DNA of 64,000 nucleotides. Source: Planctomycetota bacterium (GTDB taxonomy: Bacteria > Planctomycetota > JAJSAM01 > JAJVHW01). A program made the position numbers and the translations under genes. Numbering within the stretch: position 1 is the stretch's first letter; each line of letters opens with the position of its first letter. The DNA is taken from assembly GCA_965248445.1 (NCBI GenBank), contig CBDFJG010000004.1, positions 1 to 64,000 on the forward strand, in the 5' to 3' direction. Shown in pieces: positions 18,737-28,110 of this stretch. The notes beneath the pieces were generated by a model that saw nothing but the letters and a program-made list of their open reading frames with translations, had not been told where the DNA came from and did not search any database.

Positions 18737-21477
18737 CCATGGAGCGCATGGCGAGCCCTCCCGTCCTGACCCCGCCGCCCGAGGAGGCGGTCGCGGTCTT
18801 TCGGCGCTGGTTCCTGAACCGAACCGACCACGTGGCGGTCCGCGCCCCTTGGGGAAAGCCCTGCCCGGTCGATGGCGGAGACGAACTGGACGCGCTGCTC
18901 CGCGCGCATCTACCCGGGGACGACGTACCCGCCGCGGTGATCCGGTACCGCAATCGCCGCGGCGTCGGCGCGACCAAGGGACGCTTCCGCGTCGGGAGCT
19001 ACTGCCCGGGCCCGGAGAACACGACGAAGTGGCTCTGCCTCGACCTCGACGGAACAGGACACGCCGAGGCACTCGCCGATCCGCTCGGAGCCGCGCGCGC
19101 CGCGTGCGAGGCATTCGATGAGGCCAAGCTCCCCTGCTTCCTCGAGCGCTCGGGCGGCGGTCACGGGTGGCACATCTGGTCGTTCTTCGATCCGCCGATC
19201 CCGGCGGCCAAGGCGCAGGCACTCGGCAGGGCGCTCGCTCCGAAGGACGCGCCGCTGGCCGACGGCGGAGTGGCCGACCCCTTGGCCGGCAGTGGGATCG
19301 AGGTCTTCCCCAAGCAGGCGAAGCTGCGGAAGAAGGGCTACGGCAACCTGGTCTGGCTGCCGTGGTGGCGTGACGCCGCAGCCGGCGCGAACACGTTCTA
19401 CGAGTTCGAGGAGGACGGAGAGCTCGCGCCGTGTGCGCCCACGTTCGCCGCAGCGAGCGAGGAGGACGTGGACCGTGTCCTTGCCGCCCACGCCGCGACA
19501 GCCGTGCCCACGTCGCGCGCAGCGGGGGAATCCGCGCCGTCCAGTCCCTCGCGCGGCGCGGGCGCTTCCGATCCCGCATGGGCGGAGTGGCGAGAGCGCG
19601 CACTCGCCGCACTGTCCCTGGAGTCGATCTACGGCGCGTGGCTGACCGGGAAGGAGTCGGGGTCGGGGTGGCTCGAGTGCCGCGACCCGTCCTCGTCGTC
19701 CGGGGACGCAAACCCCTCGGCCGGTGTCGCGGACGGAACGGGCGATGCTGAGCGCGCCACATTCCACTCCTTCATCTCGGGGAAGTCGGTCTCGGTGTTC
19801 GACTTCCTGGTGGAGCACGGAGGTTGCGCCGATTTCCGCGCGGCCACCGCGCTCGTCGCCGAACGCTCAGGAGTTCCTCAGCCCACCCCGTCCGCTCCCG
19901 CTCGCCGAGCCAGCCGCCCGCGTGTCCGCGTGAACGCCCGCCAGCTCCGCGATGTGCTCGCCGACGCCTGGCGCGTCGTCCACGCCACGAACACGTATCC
20001 GTCACTCTTCATCCGCTCGGGCTACCTCGTGCGGATCGCCAAGGGCGAGGTCGGGCCACGCATCGAGACCGTGGGGGAGACCGCGATGTTCGGGCACCTG
20101 GTCCGCGTCGCGAACTGGGTGCGCGTGACGCAGGACGCCGTGCTCGACGCGACGCCGCCCAAGGACGTGGCGCGCGACATGCTCGTCAACCCCGAGGGCG
20201 ATCTGCCGCCGCTCGACGCTGTGGTTGCCGCACCCGTGTTCGATGCCCTCGGCCAACTCGTCGCGACACCCGGCTACCACAGGGCCGCGCGGCTCTGGTT
20301 CCACAAGTTGCCCAACTTCGAGGTCGGGGCGGTCCCCGAGAGACCGACCGAGGCGGACGTTCACGCGGCGCGGGCGCTCTTGCTCGACGAGTTGCTCGTC
20401 GATTTCCCATTCGCCGCGGACTCCGACCGCGCGCATGCCGTGGCGGCGCTGGTGCTCCCGTTCGTTCGGCGCATGGTGAACGGCTGCACGCCGATCCACC
20501 TCATCGAGGCCCCGACACCCGGGAGCGGCAAGGGCCTCCTCGCCGACATCGTCGCGATCGTCGCACTGGGCCGCCCGTGCGACCCGACGACGATCACGCG
20601 GGACGAGGACGAGGCGCGCAAGAAAATCACCTCGATCCTCGCCCGGGCGCAGCCGCTGATCCTCATCGACAACATCCGCCACGGGCTCGACTCGGCGCAG
20701 CTCGCGGCGGCGCTCACGGCCGAGACCTGGTCCGACCGGATGCTCGGCCAGACGAAGATGATCGACCTCCCGAACCGAGCCACGTGGCTCGTCACCGCGA
20801 ACAACCCGCGGCTCTCCCTGGAGATCGCGCGGCGCTGCGTGCGCGTGCGGCTCGATCCGAAGCGCGACCGCCCGTGGGAGCGCACGGGCTTCAAGCACGC
20901 GCCCCTCAGGGATTGGGCGCGTCAGAACCGCGCGACGCTCGTCCACGCGGTCCTCGTGCTCGTGCAGTCGTGGATCGCCGCGGAGCGTCCGGCGTGCGGC
21001 GCGACGCTCGGCTCCTTCGAGAGCTGGGCCGAGGTCGTCGGGGGTGTGCTCGCCCATGCCGGGATCGAGGGGTTCCTCGGCGACGCCGAGGACCTCTACG
21101 AGCACGCCGACACCGAAGGACAAGAGTGGCGGCAGCTCGTCACCGCGTGGTGGGAGCAGCACGGCGGCGCGTGGGTCGCTTCGCGCGATCTGCTGCAGAT
21201 CACCACAGAGCAGGATCTCCTCGGCCAGGTGATCGGAGACAAGTCCGAGCGCTCGCAGCTCATCCGGCTGGGCCGCGCGCTCTCAGCCGCGCGCGATCGT
21301 CACTTCGGAGAGCACCGGATCGTGGCCGGCCGCAACTCGAACACCAAGGCGGCACAGTACCGGCTCGTTGCCGACGATGCCGGGCAGTCCGCGCCCACTG
21401 ACGAAGCGCCCGCCGTCACGCGCGGGTTTGGCGACGGCCTCGACGATCTCTTCCCAAGCCTCGCGGGGACGATGTGA
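18733..21477 (+). CDS. AEP-type primase (TOTE-like) fused to P-loop ATPase/helicase
   Basis: WLCLDLD, ERSGGGHGWHIW, IEVFPKQ, GNLVWLP; C-terminal PGSGKGLLA, LIDN, TANN. Confidence 0.85.
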   Translation: MTMERMASPPVLTPPPEEAVAVFRRWFLNRTDHVAVRAPWGKPCPVDGGDELDALLRAHLPGDDVPAAVIRYRNRRGVGATKGRFRVGSYCPGPENTTKWLCLDLDGTGHAEALADPLGAARAACEAFDEAKLPCFLERSGGGHGWHIWSFFDPPIPAAKAQALGRALAPKDAPLADGGVADPLAGSGIEVFPKQAKLRKKGYGNLVWLPWWRDAAAGANTFYEFEEDGELAPCAPTFAAASEEDVDRVLAAHAATAVPTSRAAGESAPSSPSRGAGASDPAWAEWRERALAALSLESIYGAWLTGKESGSGWLECRDPSSSSGDANPSAGVADGTGDAERATFHSFISGKSVSVFDFLVEHGGCADFRAATALVAERSGVPQPTPSAPARRASRPRVRVNARQLRDVLADAWRVVHATNTYPSLFIRSGYLVRIAKGEVGPRIETVGETAMFGHLVRVANWVRVTQDAVLDATPPKDVARDMLVNPEGDLPPLDAVVAAPVFDALGQLVATPGYHRAARLWFHKLPNFEVGAVPERPTEADVHAARALLLDELLVDFPFAADSDRAHAVAALVLPFVRRMVNGCTPIHLIEAPTPGSGKGLLADIVAIVALGRPCDPTTITRDEDEARKKITSILARAQPLILIDNIRHGLDSAQLAAALTAETWSDRMLGQTKMIDLPNRATWLVTANNPRLSLEIARRCVRVRLDPKRDRPWERTGFKHAPLRDWARQNRATLVHAVLVLVQSWIAAERPACGATLGSFESWAEVVGGVLAHAGIEGFLGDAEDLYEHADTEGQEWRQLVTAWWEQHGGAWVASRDLLQITTEQDLLGQVIGDKSERSQLIRLGRALSAARDRHFGEHRIVAGRNSNTKAAQYRLVADDAGQSAPTDEAPAVTRGFGDGLDDLFPSLAGTM

Positions 21478-21743
21478 CGGACCGGATGCGCCTGCCTGCT
21501 GCGACGCCCGTCTCGCCGTTCGGCGAGCCGCTCGTCGATGCCGCCACGGTGGCCGCCTACCTCTCTGTAGACACGACGACAGTCTACCGCTTGGCGAAGA
21601 AGGCGGCCCTCCCCGCGATCGACGTCGCGCCTCGTGTCCTGCGCTTCCGCCCGGACGACGTCCGCACATTCCTCGACCGCAGGACCCGGAAGGCAGGCCT
21701 CCCCGGACGGGTCACGCGACTGCTCGGAGATACCCGTGCGTAG
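21474..21743 (+). CDS. Excisionase-like HTH protein
   Basis: AATVAAYLSVDTTTVYRLAKKAALPAI...LRFRPDDV. Confidence 0.85.
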   Translation: MTDRMRLPAATPVSPFGEPLVDAATVAAYLSVDTTTVYRLAKKAALPAIDVAPRVLRFRPDDVRTFLDRRTRKAGLPGRVTRLLGDTRA

Positions 21744-21840
21744 GCCGGTCGAAGGTACTGGATGTTCAGGGACGCAAGAGCGTGCATCGGGACCACACGT
21801 GCTCCGCCTGCTGCGGGGCACGAGCCCCGGAGAGCACGAC

Positions 21841-23061
21841 GTGGAAGCAGAAACGAGAACGAAGGAGCCCCCGGCGAACCGCCGGCGCGGCAAGCGCAAG
21901 CGCCGCTTCGGCAGCATCTACTCGCGCAAGTGGGGGTCGGGCCGCCGGACCTGGTCGGCCAAGTGGTTCTGCCGGACTGAGCGGCGCTGGCTGACCCGGG
22001 CCTTCGACACGGAGAAGGAGGCCAAGGACTTCCTCGACGAGGTGGAGAAGCGCATCCTCGCCGAGGCCTACGAGGTCCCGCCCACCCTCTCGGAGGCGCA
22101 GGAGCGCGCCGTCCAGGCCAGCGTCGAGAGCGCCCCACGCGACGTCCCCACGCTGGTCGGCTACGCCAAGGACGTGATCGAGCGCCGCTTCGAGCCGGTC
22201 CTGGCCAAGGGGACCATGGGTGTCTACCGCGCGGCACTTCGGGCTTGGACCAAGTACTTCGGGGAGCGTGACGGCCAGCGGGCCGTGCGGCTGGATGAGA
22301 TCACGCCTGCCCGCTGGCTGGACTACCGGGCCTGGCGCGCGACGACCCGGAACTCGTCCTACGGGAAGAAGACGACCGTCAGCCCACGGACGCTGAACGC
22401 CGACCAGCAGAGCGTCATCCGCATCCTGAACGAGGCCGTGCTCGACGGGCACCTCGACGCCAACCCGCTCGCCGGCATCAAGAAGCTGCGCGAGACACGG
22501 CGGCCCCGGCGCTACCTGACGAAGGACGAGCTCGGCGCGCTCATCACCAACTGCCCCGAGCACTTCCGGCCCTTCCTCCTGACCGCCATCTACACGGGTG
22601 CGCGCAAGGGTGAGCTCACGGCACTTCGCTGGTCGGACATCGACTTCACCGACGCGAAGATCTCGCTCTACCGGCCGAAGACCGGGACCGCCGACCTGCT
22701 CGACCTGCACGGCGCGGTGGCCGGGGAACTGGAGCGACTGCGGGACGAGCGACCGAACGTCTCGCCGGACGACCATGTGTTCCTCTCGACCCGCGGGACG
22801 CCCTTCGTTGAGATCCGCCGGTCGTGGGAACTGGCGCTGAAGGCCGCCGGGCTGGGTGGCCGCAAGGGGCTGACGCCCCACTCGCTGCGCCACAGTTTCG
22901 CGACCCACTTCCTCCAGAACGGCGGCGCGGTCACCGACCTCCAGCAGCAGCTCGGCCACGCCGAGCTCGCGACGACCCAGGTCTACGCGAGCGCGCTCTC
23001 GAAACGGCGCAGGGCGGCCGTCATGGCGCTCGACTTCGCGGAAACCCCGCCGGTGAGCTGA
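21841..23061 (+). CDS. Tyrosine integrase
   Basis: TGARKGEL, PKT, HSLRH, LGH...TQVY; N-terminal arm-binding-like FGSIYSRK...W. Confidence 0.95.
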   Translation: MEAETRTKEPPANRRRGKRKRRFGSIYSRKWGSGRRTWSAKWFCRTERRWLTRAFDTEKEAKDFLDEVEKRILAEAYEVPPTLSEAQERAVQASVESAPRDVPTLVGYAKDVIERRFEPVLAKGTMGVYRAALRAWTKYFGERDGQRAVRLDEITPARWLDYRAWRATTRNSSYGKKTTVSPRTLNADQQSVIRILNEAVLDGHLDANPLAGIKKLRETRRPRRYLTKDELGALITNCPEHFRPFLLTAIYTGARKGELTALRWSDIDFTDAKISLYRPKTGTADLLDLHGAVAGELERLRDERPNVSPDDHVFLSTRGTPFVEIRRSWELALKAAGLGGRKGLTPHSLRHSFATHFLQNGGAVTDLQQQLGHAELATTQVYASALSKRRRAAVMALDFAETPPVS

Positions 23062-23076
23062 GCGCCCCTCGTCGGA

Positions 23077-23361
23077 TCACTTCTGCTTGCAGCACGCAGG
23101 GACGTCGTCGGCCCCTGCTGCCTGAGCCTCGGCCTCCAGCGGGCAGCGGTCACGGCAGACGAGTTCGCCGGTCACAGGGCATTCGATCTTCCCAGGGCAG
23201 TCCGGGCGAGTCGCATCGACGAGCGGGCAGTCGTCCTGGGAGATCTCTTCGCCGGTCTGCGGGCAGATGACGGTGTCCGTTGCGTTGGCCGACACCTCGC
23301 CTGAGGTGAAGGCGAGTCCAACGGTGGCAGCGACCGAAGCCAGGAGCAGGGTCGTGAGCAC
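23077..23361 (-). CDS. Small exported Cys-rich protein (two CPxTGE...DxCPL repeats, C-terminal CC)
   Basis: Hydrophobic N-terminus; true start may be ATG 23386 with a slip in a C6 run. Confidence 0.7.
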   Translation of the reverse strand: MLTTLLLASVAATVGLAFTSGEVSANATDTVICPQTGEEISQDDCPLVDATRPDCPGKIECPVTGELVCRDRCPLEAEAQAAGADDVPACCKQK

Positions 23362-23448
23362 GGCCCATTGGGGGGAGGTTCAGCATGGCAGTCGGGTTCC
23401 TGGTGTTCTCTGGCGGTAGTTCGCCCCGGTCCGACCCGTAGGCCGCAG

Positions 23449-24980
23449 GTACCCGTTCAGCCCTTGGTTCTGAGCTCGGATCCAGATCGCTTTCCGTTCG
23501 GTCGATGAATCGGATGTGGGCACCGATGAGCTGCGTGATCTGGTCGAGCGCCTGACCCGTCGTCTGGACGCTCGGGACGAGACGATTGCCGAGCAGGCGG
23601 AGGTGATCGAGCGGCAGGCGGCACGGATCGACGATCTCGAGAGCCGTCTTCGCCGGGACTCCCGCACCTCCTCGCGCCCACCGTCCTCGGATCCGTCGTG
23701 GTCCAAGAAGCGGCGGCGGCGCAAGCCGCCGTCGGACAAGCGCCAGGGTGCGCAGCCCGGCCACAAAGGGGCGACGCGCAAGCTCGTGGACGAGTCCGAG
23801 GTCGATGGCGTAGAGGACCACCGCCCGCGCGAGTGCAGCGCGTGTGGGAGCGACGTGCTCGTCCCGATCGATCGCGCCCCGACACGCCAGCAGGTCTTCG
23901 AGGTCCCGCCACGGCTGATCCAGGTGACCGAGCACCGGTTGCACCGGGCACGGTGCACGGACTGTGGCGCCACGTCCACTGCCTCGCTGCCAAGCGGTGT
24001 GACGGCGAGTCCCTTCGGCCCGCGACTCTGTGCGCTCACCGCGGCTCTGGTCGGCGTCTTCCGCCTGTCGCGGCGCGAGACCAGTCGTCTGTTGCGTGAC
24101 GTCATCGGCGTCTCGATGTCACCGGGCACGGTCAGTGCGATCGAGGAGCGGGTGTCGGGAGCCATCTCCTCAGCGCACATCGAGGCCCTCGGGGCCGTAC
24201 GCACGAGCAGCGTCGCCTATGTAGACGAGACACCGTGGTCGCGTCGTGGCACGCTGCATTGGCTGTGGAGCGCGGTCTGTGAGCACGCCACGGTCCATCG
24301 TATCGATCGGCGCAGGAGCGCCAAGGCCATGCGGCGACTCGTGGGCAAGCGCTTCAGGGGCGTCCTCGTGACCGACCGTATGGGCGCTTACGACCAGCAT
24401 CCCACCGAGCGCCGCCAGATCTGCTGGGCGCATCTCGAGAGGGACTTTCGAGCGCTGGCCGAGGGCTCGCGCGGCGGCCGGCGCTTCGGCAAGCAGGCCG
24501 TGCGTCTCGCCCAGGCTGTCATGCGAGCTCAGCGTCACTTCGGCGAGCACGGGGACCGCGACCGCATGCGGCGTGAGCTGCGTCTCACATGGGACCGACT
24601 CCTGACGCTGCTCGTGCGCGGCGCAGACAGCAAGCACCGCCGAGTACGCGGAACGACTCGGCATCTGCTCGACCGAGCGGAGGCTCTGTGGACCTTCGCC
24701 GACGTCCCTGGCGTCTCCCCGACGAACAACGCCGCTGAGCGCGCGGTGCGCAAGCCGGTCCTGTGGAGACGCGCAACGCACGGAAGTCAGAGCGAGCGCG
24801 GACTCCGCTTCGTCGAGCGCATCCTGACCGTCACCGCCACGCTCCGCCAGCGTGGCGAGAGCGTCTTCGATTACCTCGCAGACGTCAGCGCGGCACTCGC
24901 GCACAACCGCTCGCCGCCGGCTCTCGTCGCGCTCCCGATCACGCGCTGAGGCCGCGGATCGTCATACCCTGAACGGGTAC
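23449..24980 (+). mobile_element. IS66-family element (single-ORF type)
   Basis: 12-bp TIR GTACCCGTTCAG; 8-bp TSD GGCCGCAG at 23441-23448 and 24981-24988. Confidence 0.95.
23516..24949 (+). CDS. IS66 transposase
   Basis: SSRPPSSD, GAQPGH, Zn finger, VDET, QICWAHLERDF, TNNAAERAVR. Confidence 0.95.
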   Translation: MGTDELRDLVERLTRRLDARDETIAEQAEVIERQAARIDDLESRLRRDSRTSSRPPSSDPSWSKKRRRRKPPSDKRQGAQPGHKGATRKLVDESEVDGVEDHRPRECSACGSDVLVPIDRAPTRQQVFEVPPRLIQVTEHRLHRARCTDCGATSTASLPSGVTASPFGPRLCALTAALVGVFRLSRRETSRLLRDVIGVSMSPGTVSAIEERVSGAISSAHIEALGAVRTSSVAYVDETPWSRRGTLHWLWSAVCEHATVHRIDRRRSAKAMRRLVGKRFRGVLVTDRMGAYDQHPTERRQICWAHLERDFRALAEGSRGGRRFGKQAVRLAQAVMRAQRHFGEHGDRDRMRRELRLTWDRLLTLLVRGADSKHRRVRGTTRHLLDRAEALWTFADVPGVSPTNNAAERAVRKPVLWRRATHGSQSERGLRFVERILTVTATLRQRGESVFDYLADVSAALAHNRSPPALVALPITR

Positions 24981-25171
24981 GGCCGCAGGATGCCCGCGCG
25001 CTCGGAGTAGCGCAGCGTGGACGTCGGGACGCCCACGGCTCGGGCCAGTTCGCCGATCGAGAAGGGATGCGTCGCCATGCCCCCCATCGTAGCGGGCGCC
25101 CCCTGTGCGACGCCGACGGCGGAGAGCGCCACCTCACAGCGTCGATCGCTCCCGTCGGTCGCGTGACGATC

Positions 25172-25193
25172 TGCAGCGGTAGTGCAGCGGTAG
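25172..25193. repeat. Tandem TGCAGCGGTAG x2; probable integrase arm-type sites
   Basis: About 80 bp from the tRNA 3' end; 20-bp inverted copy at 26369-26388. Confidence 0.55.
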
Positions 25194-25272
25194 CCGGAAT
25201 CGGCCTGAAACGCGGGGTCCGAATGGGGCGCGCGAAGTCGCCGTAACTCGCTCGTACGGCAATGGTTACAAG

Positions 25273-25349
25273 TGGTCGGGGCGAGAGGATTTGAACCTCC
25301 GGCCTCTTGCTCCCGAAGCAAGCGCTCTGCCAGGCTGAGCTACGCCCCG
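25273..25349 (-). tRNA. tRNA-Pro (anticodon CGG)
   Basis: CGGGGCGTAGCTCAGCCTGGCAGAGCG-CTTGC-TTCGGGA-GCAAG-AGGCCGGAGGTTCAAATCCTCTCGCCCCGACCA; 77 nt, CCA encoded. Confidence 0.97.
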
Positions 25350-25409
25350 ACCGTGTGTCACGGCCGCGCAGGGAGCGCGGCTGAGGGGCCGAGACGCTAC
25401 GCGCGGGGG

Positions 25410-25798
25410 GTTGGGGCGCAGAAGGTTTTCCGGCTCGGCGGCAGCGCCTGCAGCGACACGGCCGGCGTCAGCGGTTTCGCCGCGCATCTGCTGGCTCGCG
25501 CGGACTCGCTCTGGGTGTTTGCCGACCGCGAGGGCGTGCCACCCACGAACAACGCCGCCGAGCGCGCCATTCGCAAGGCGGTGCTCTGGCGAAAGGGCTG
25601 CTTTGGCAGCCAGAGCGAGCGAGGGCTTCGCTTCGTTGAGCGGATGATGACCGTCGTCGCAACCAAGAGGCGACGAGCCGAGGGTGTCCTCGACTACCTG
25701 GTCGAGGTCGCCCGCAACGCGATCACCGGCACTCCGGCTCCTCGACTCATCCCTCAGGCCCCCTCGGCCTGAGGCTGGATACCCACGTGAACGGTTAC
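25410..25798 (+). pseudogene. IS66 3' fragment with right TIR
   Basis: LWVFADREGVPPTNNAAERAIR...GSQSERG; ends GTGAACGGTTAC. Confidence 0.85.
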
Positions 25799-26360
25799 AG
25801 GCAGGCCGCGCTCATCGACGATCTCGAGTCCCGGCTGCGCAAGGACTCACGCACCTCGTCGAAGCCACCGTCGTCGGACGGCCCGTGGTCCAAGCGCCGC
25901 GGTCGTCGCCGCCCGCCGTCTGGCAAGAAGCAGGGCGCTCAGCCCGGCCATCCGGGCAAGACGCGCAAACTCGTCGATCCAGGCGACGTCGATGAGGTGA
26001 TTGACCACGAGCCGAGCGAGTGCCGCACATGCGGTCACGACGAGCTCGTGGACAGCGATCTTGCCCCTCGCCGCCACCAGGTCACCGAGATCCCGCCGCT
26101 CTTGGCGACGATCACCGAGCACCGCCTACGCGGGCGGCTCTGCGGGCACTGCGGCGACGCGGTCTTCGCCGATCTGCCCGAAGGCGTGTCCCCCAGCGCC
26201 TTCGGGCCTCGACTGCAGGCTCTGGTCGTCACCCTCGTGGCCGCCTACCGGCTGAGCCGGGCGGAGGTCTCACGCCTGCTCTCCGAGGCCTTCGACGTGA
26301 AGATCTCGGTCGGCAGCGTCAGCAACATCGAGCAGCGGATGTCCCGGGCGCTCGAGCCGT
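25799..26360 (+). pseudogene. IS66 transposase 5' fragment
   Basis: DDLESRLRKDSRTSSKPPSSD...GAQPGH...FGPRLQA; homology ends after EQRMSRALEP. Confidence 0.85.
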
Positions 26361-26414
26361 TGCGCGGGACCGCTGCACTACCGCTGCACAACGTCGGTCA
26401 ACTACTGCCTCTAG

Positions 26415-28110
26415 CCCGCACTATTCATGACGACGCTCGCGATGGCGTCCCTCGGCCGGTCCGAGCGCCCGGGCGCTCGACTTGCGGCGTTCACCGAGGT
26501 CGGCGGGGTCTCGGACGGCGGGATCTTCGTTCCGAGGGGGCGTTCAAGTCCATTTGCCGCCGCGCGGACGAGGTCTGGACGGACCGGTAGCCGGAAGCGT
26601 GTCGTTCTTCTGGCCATCGGCTGCGCTCAGACCGGCGCAGCGCCGAGCCTTCGCGCGACGCGGCACCACAGCTCGCGCCATGGGCAGGCCGCCGCGAGAT
26701 GCACGACGACGCGGCGCACCGATTCCACGACGCGGGCGCCGATCTTGAGCAGCCGTTCGCGGATCGTGTGCACCTGCCAGACTGCGGCCGTGGTGCCGCG
26801 CAACTGGTAGCGTAACTCCTGGAAGAGTACGTAGGCCGCCGCGGTCATCAGCACGCGGAACTGGTTCGCCAGGAAGCTCGAGTTGCTCGTGCGATCCACC
26901 GCCAGGCCACCCTTGAGTTCCTTGATGCGGTTCTCGGCGTCGCCGCGACCGCAGTAGGTCTTGCAGTAGGTCGTCTCGGGCTTGTAGCTGCGCGAGACGT
27001 TGGTGACCACGAAGCGCGCGTTGTCCTTGTTCACCTTCCCGGTGGCGACCAGCACTTGCGCCTTGAAGACCACGCGGCGGGACCTGCTCCAGCTCTTCGC
27101 CCGGTACTCGCAGTCGCCGTAGATCTGCGCCGTCTTGTCTTCCATCGCCGCCAGCACCGCAGCCGCTGTCATCTCGGCGTCGCACAGATCCAGGAGCCGC
27201 TTGTTCTTGGGCATCCCGACCACGTACTTCACGCCGAGTTCGTCCAGCGCGTCGAAGAGCCGCGAGCCGGCGAAGCCGCTGTCCAGGCGCACGAGGATCT
27301 GCGTGCGCGGAAACGCACGCCGAAGTCGCTTCACCATCCGGCGGATCGTCCGCAGCGACGTGCGGCCCTCCTTCGCGTTGCCCGGCCGCAGCCGCGCACA
27401 GAAAAGGTACTGCTCCGGATCGCCGTCGACCGTGAGGAAGCCGAAAACCGGCAGGTAGCACCACGTGTCGTAGAAGCCGTTGAAGAGCGCTCCCTGCTGT
27501 GCACCGTGGGTCGGGTCACAGCTCGGGTCCATGTCGATCGTGATGCGCCGGGCCCCCCGGTGGCGAGCGCAAAGACGCTCGATCACGTCCTCCTCGAGCT
27601 TGCGCGACAAGGCCACGAGCTCGTGCGCCGTGACCGCGTTCTCGAAGCGCGACAGCGTCGCCTGAGACGCCAGGTCGGCGCCCTTGATCGGCGCGCGGCC
27701 CGTGACCCCCTTGAGCATCGGGTCGGTGCCCACGCGAGCCGCGTCGTTCTGGTCGCTGTAGCCCAGGCCGATCGAGAAGACGCGCTGCCGAAAGAGCTCC
27801 TCCAACGAGTGCTGCACCCGCGTCGGGTCACGACGATCCACCAACAGCGCAGCCAGACCTGCGGTCACTCCCATTCGACGGTCCACCGCGCGCAGCAGTC
27901 CCGCGCCTCCCTCGGACGTGTGCGCTTCGCCGTCGAACACGGCCGTGGTGACCTTCCCGAAGAGATCGGGAAACCGGACAGTGTGTGGGGTAGAATTCGT
28001 CACTCGGGCGTACCTCTCGCATCTGTGTAACTATTGCTCTAACAACAGTTTATGCAATGCGCGGTGCGCCCGAATCTACGTTCCGGGCGTGGCGTGATGA
28101 ATTATGCAGG
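26415..28110 (-). mobile_element. IS1380-family element, copy 1 (intact)
   Basis: Imperfect TIRs CCTGCATAATTCAT / CCCGCACTATTCAT; CTAG TSD at 26411-26414 and 28111-28114. Confidence 0.93.
26627..28003 (-). CDS. IS1380 transposase
   Basis: TSEGG, LASQATLSRFEN, IDMD..HGAQQ..FNGFY, RLDSGF, YCGRGDAENRIKELK. Confidence 0.95.
   Translation of the reverse strand: MTNSTPHTVRFPDLFGKVTTAVFDGEAHTSEGGAGLLRAVDRRMGVTAGLAALLVDRRDPTRVQHSLEELFRQRVFSIGLGYSDQNDAARVGTDPMLKGVTGRAPIKGADLASQATLSRFENAVTAHELVALSRKLEEDVIERLCARHRGARRITIDMDPSCDPTHGAQQGALFNGFYDTWCYLPVFGFLTVDGDPEQYLFCARLRPGNAKEGRTSLRTIRRMVKRLRRAFPRTQILVRLDSGFAGSRLFDALDELGVKYVVGMPKNKRLLDLCDAEMTAAAVLAAMEDKTAQIYGDCEYRAKSWSRSRRVVFKAQVLVATGKVNKDNARFVVTNVSRSYKPETTYCKTYCGRGDAENRIKELKGGLAVDRTSNSSFLANQFRVLMTAAAYVLFQELRYQLRGTTAAVWQVHTIRERLLKIGARVVESVRRVVVHLAAACPWRELWCRVARRLGAAPV

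Larger units (their letters stand above)
23380..25078 (-). pseudogene. MerR-family regulator remnant split by IS66
   Basis: Removing the IS and one TSD gives MATHPFSIGELARAVGVPTSTLRYSERAGILRPTGRTGANYRQ, then early stop. Confidence 0.8.
1..25273. mobile_element. Integrated phage-like/satellite element at tRNA-Pro 3' end; left boundary not seen (may lie outside window)
   Basis: Tyrosine integrase and excisionase near the tRNA 3' end; phage replication/recombination and packaging genes; no second copy of the tRNA 3' end noticed in window. Confidence 0.8.

Noticed and set aside
16376..19762. 1128-aa minus-strand ORF and similar long ORFs (5059..7017, 41077..43914, 46239..48503)
   Set aside because: Arg/Pro-rich antisense frames typical of high-GC DNA, opposite well-supported genes
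26415..26626. Guide RNA in the long IS1380 3' non-coding end
   Set aside because: No TnpB, IscB or IS110 protein present and no recognisable RNA motif
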